NCBI GenBank assembly: GCA_024704765.1
Contig: JAKMXF010000310.1
Span: 1,114,649-1,135,080 of the forward strand
Reading direction: 5' to 3'
DNA: 20,432 nucleotides
From: Oopsacas minuta
Taxonomy: Eukaryota > Animalia > Porifera
Shown one piece after another: positions 19,364 through 20,432 of this stretch (its first letter is position 1; each line of letters starts with the position of its first letter). Made by a program: the position numbers and the translations under genes. The notes below the pieces were generated by a model. That model was not told where the DNA came from and made no database searches. It saw only the letters and a program-made list of their open reading frames with translations.

Positions 19364-20432
19364 CTGAAAAAAATGCGAATAGAAGGAAGAATATAAATTC
19401 TCTCATCTAGAAAGGTTTGAACTGGTAAGATCTGAAAGTTTCGGTAGTGGAAAATGCCAAAATGATGAAGAATAATAGTAGCTAATTGATATAGGGAAAT
19501 ATACACCATATAAAGTAAATATCTAAAATTAGGAGAATATAACGAAAAATAGTATCATAAAATTACCAAACCAATGAAACAAAGAGATGTCAGACTGCCA
19601 TTGTATTTATGCTCAAATATTGCCTGTAGTCAGCCTATATCAGAAATAATAATAAATAGAAGCAATCTGATCGATGTGGGAGGCATGACATGAGAATCTT
19701 GAATTATATTAGCATAGATGACTAAAGATAAGGCTGTAATTTTAACCAAGGATAAGAGGAAGTGGATATTTCATGGACAATTCTATGTATAAATTCGGGT
19801 AATAAGAAACTGGTGCATGCGTGCATTGCGTTAACGTGGTTCGGATTAATGAGGGTCTACTTGAGTCCCTAGCCCTCATTGCATGTCTAACACTATCCAA
19901 GGGAAAAATTCACCTCAATCCAAATATTGAAGTAGAGGCACAAATACAACAGTGAGTGTTGTTGTTTAGGATTTTGGCCCGCAATACAAATCTTAATAGC
20001 ATATCCTTGATACGGTTCAAAATCATGCGATAATATCTATACGTAAGATTTTGACCTGAATCAAAATGTATTTCAGCCAGGGAGTTATAGAAGTGGTACA
20101 ATTGCAGAATCTTACACCCCCAACTTTTTTAATGTGGTCAAAAATCCCTATATGCACCGTTCAAGAACTCGTTAAGAGAAGTTGATAGAGCTAAAGAAAT
20201 CCAAAATCGGATTAAAATTGACAAAGTAACGAAAAATTTACTCCCTAAGCCAAATCCTATGAGGAAAATTGTATTGATTTATACATTACAATTACCATAG
20301 GAATGCTCATACTGTTGATATTGCGGTTATACACGCTTGTTACTCTACTCTTTCATGCTCATTTGTTTGCTATTCAGTGTATTTCACTGCAGGTAATTCT
20401 TCTTACTTTAAAGGAAAGCTGGTAATTACATA

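Noticed and set aside
19820-19960. Plus-strand open stretch ending at a GTGAGT donor-like site
   Set aside because: No upstream acceptor or start and no recognisable peptide.
20407-20418. 12-nt minus-strand micro-exon candidate
   Set aside because: Contains TAA in the phase-1 frame and the acceptor is truncated by the window edge.

Overview
AT-rich eukaryotic (probably invertebrate) genomic DNA dominated by intact and decayed DNA transposons. Two transposase pseudogenes are clear: a FLYWCH-MULE (1-996, minus, runs off the window) and a full-length 2521-bp Hermes/hobo-like hAT element (8955-11475) with perfect 19-bp TIRs, a perfect 8-bp TSD and four coding lesions. Around them lie many nested non-autonomous elements: hAT-type and Tigger/pogo-type MITEs, two Helitron-like copies with stacked 5' ends, and a family of long foldback palindromes sharing a central core. 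The ORF track misses a probable host gene on the minus strand. It consists of very small exons (about 15/17, 42, 47 and 81 nt, possibly also 21 and 24 nt) that splice into a furin-like / EGFR-domain-IV-type cysteine module (CQPCDSSCTNGCDGPSELSC). If so, most of the window is intronic. No rRNA, tRNA or CRISPR features were seen. All alignments and identities were made by eye.
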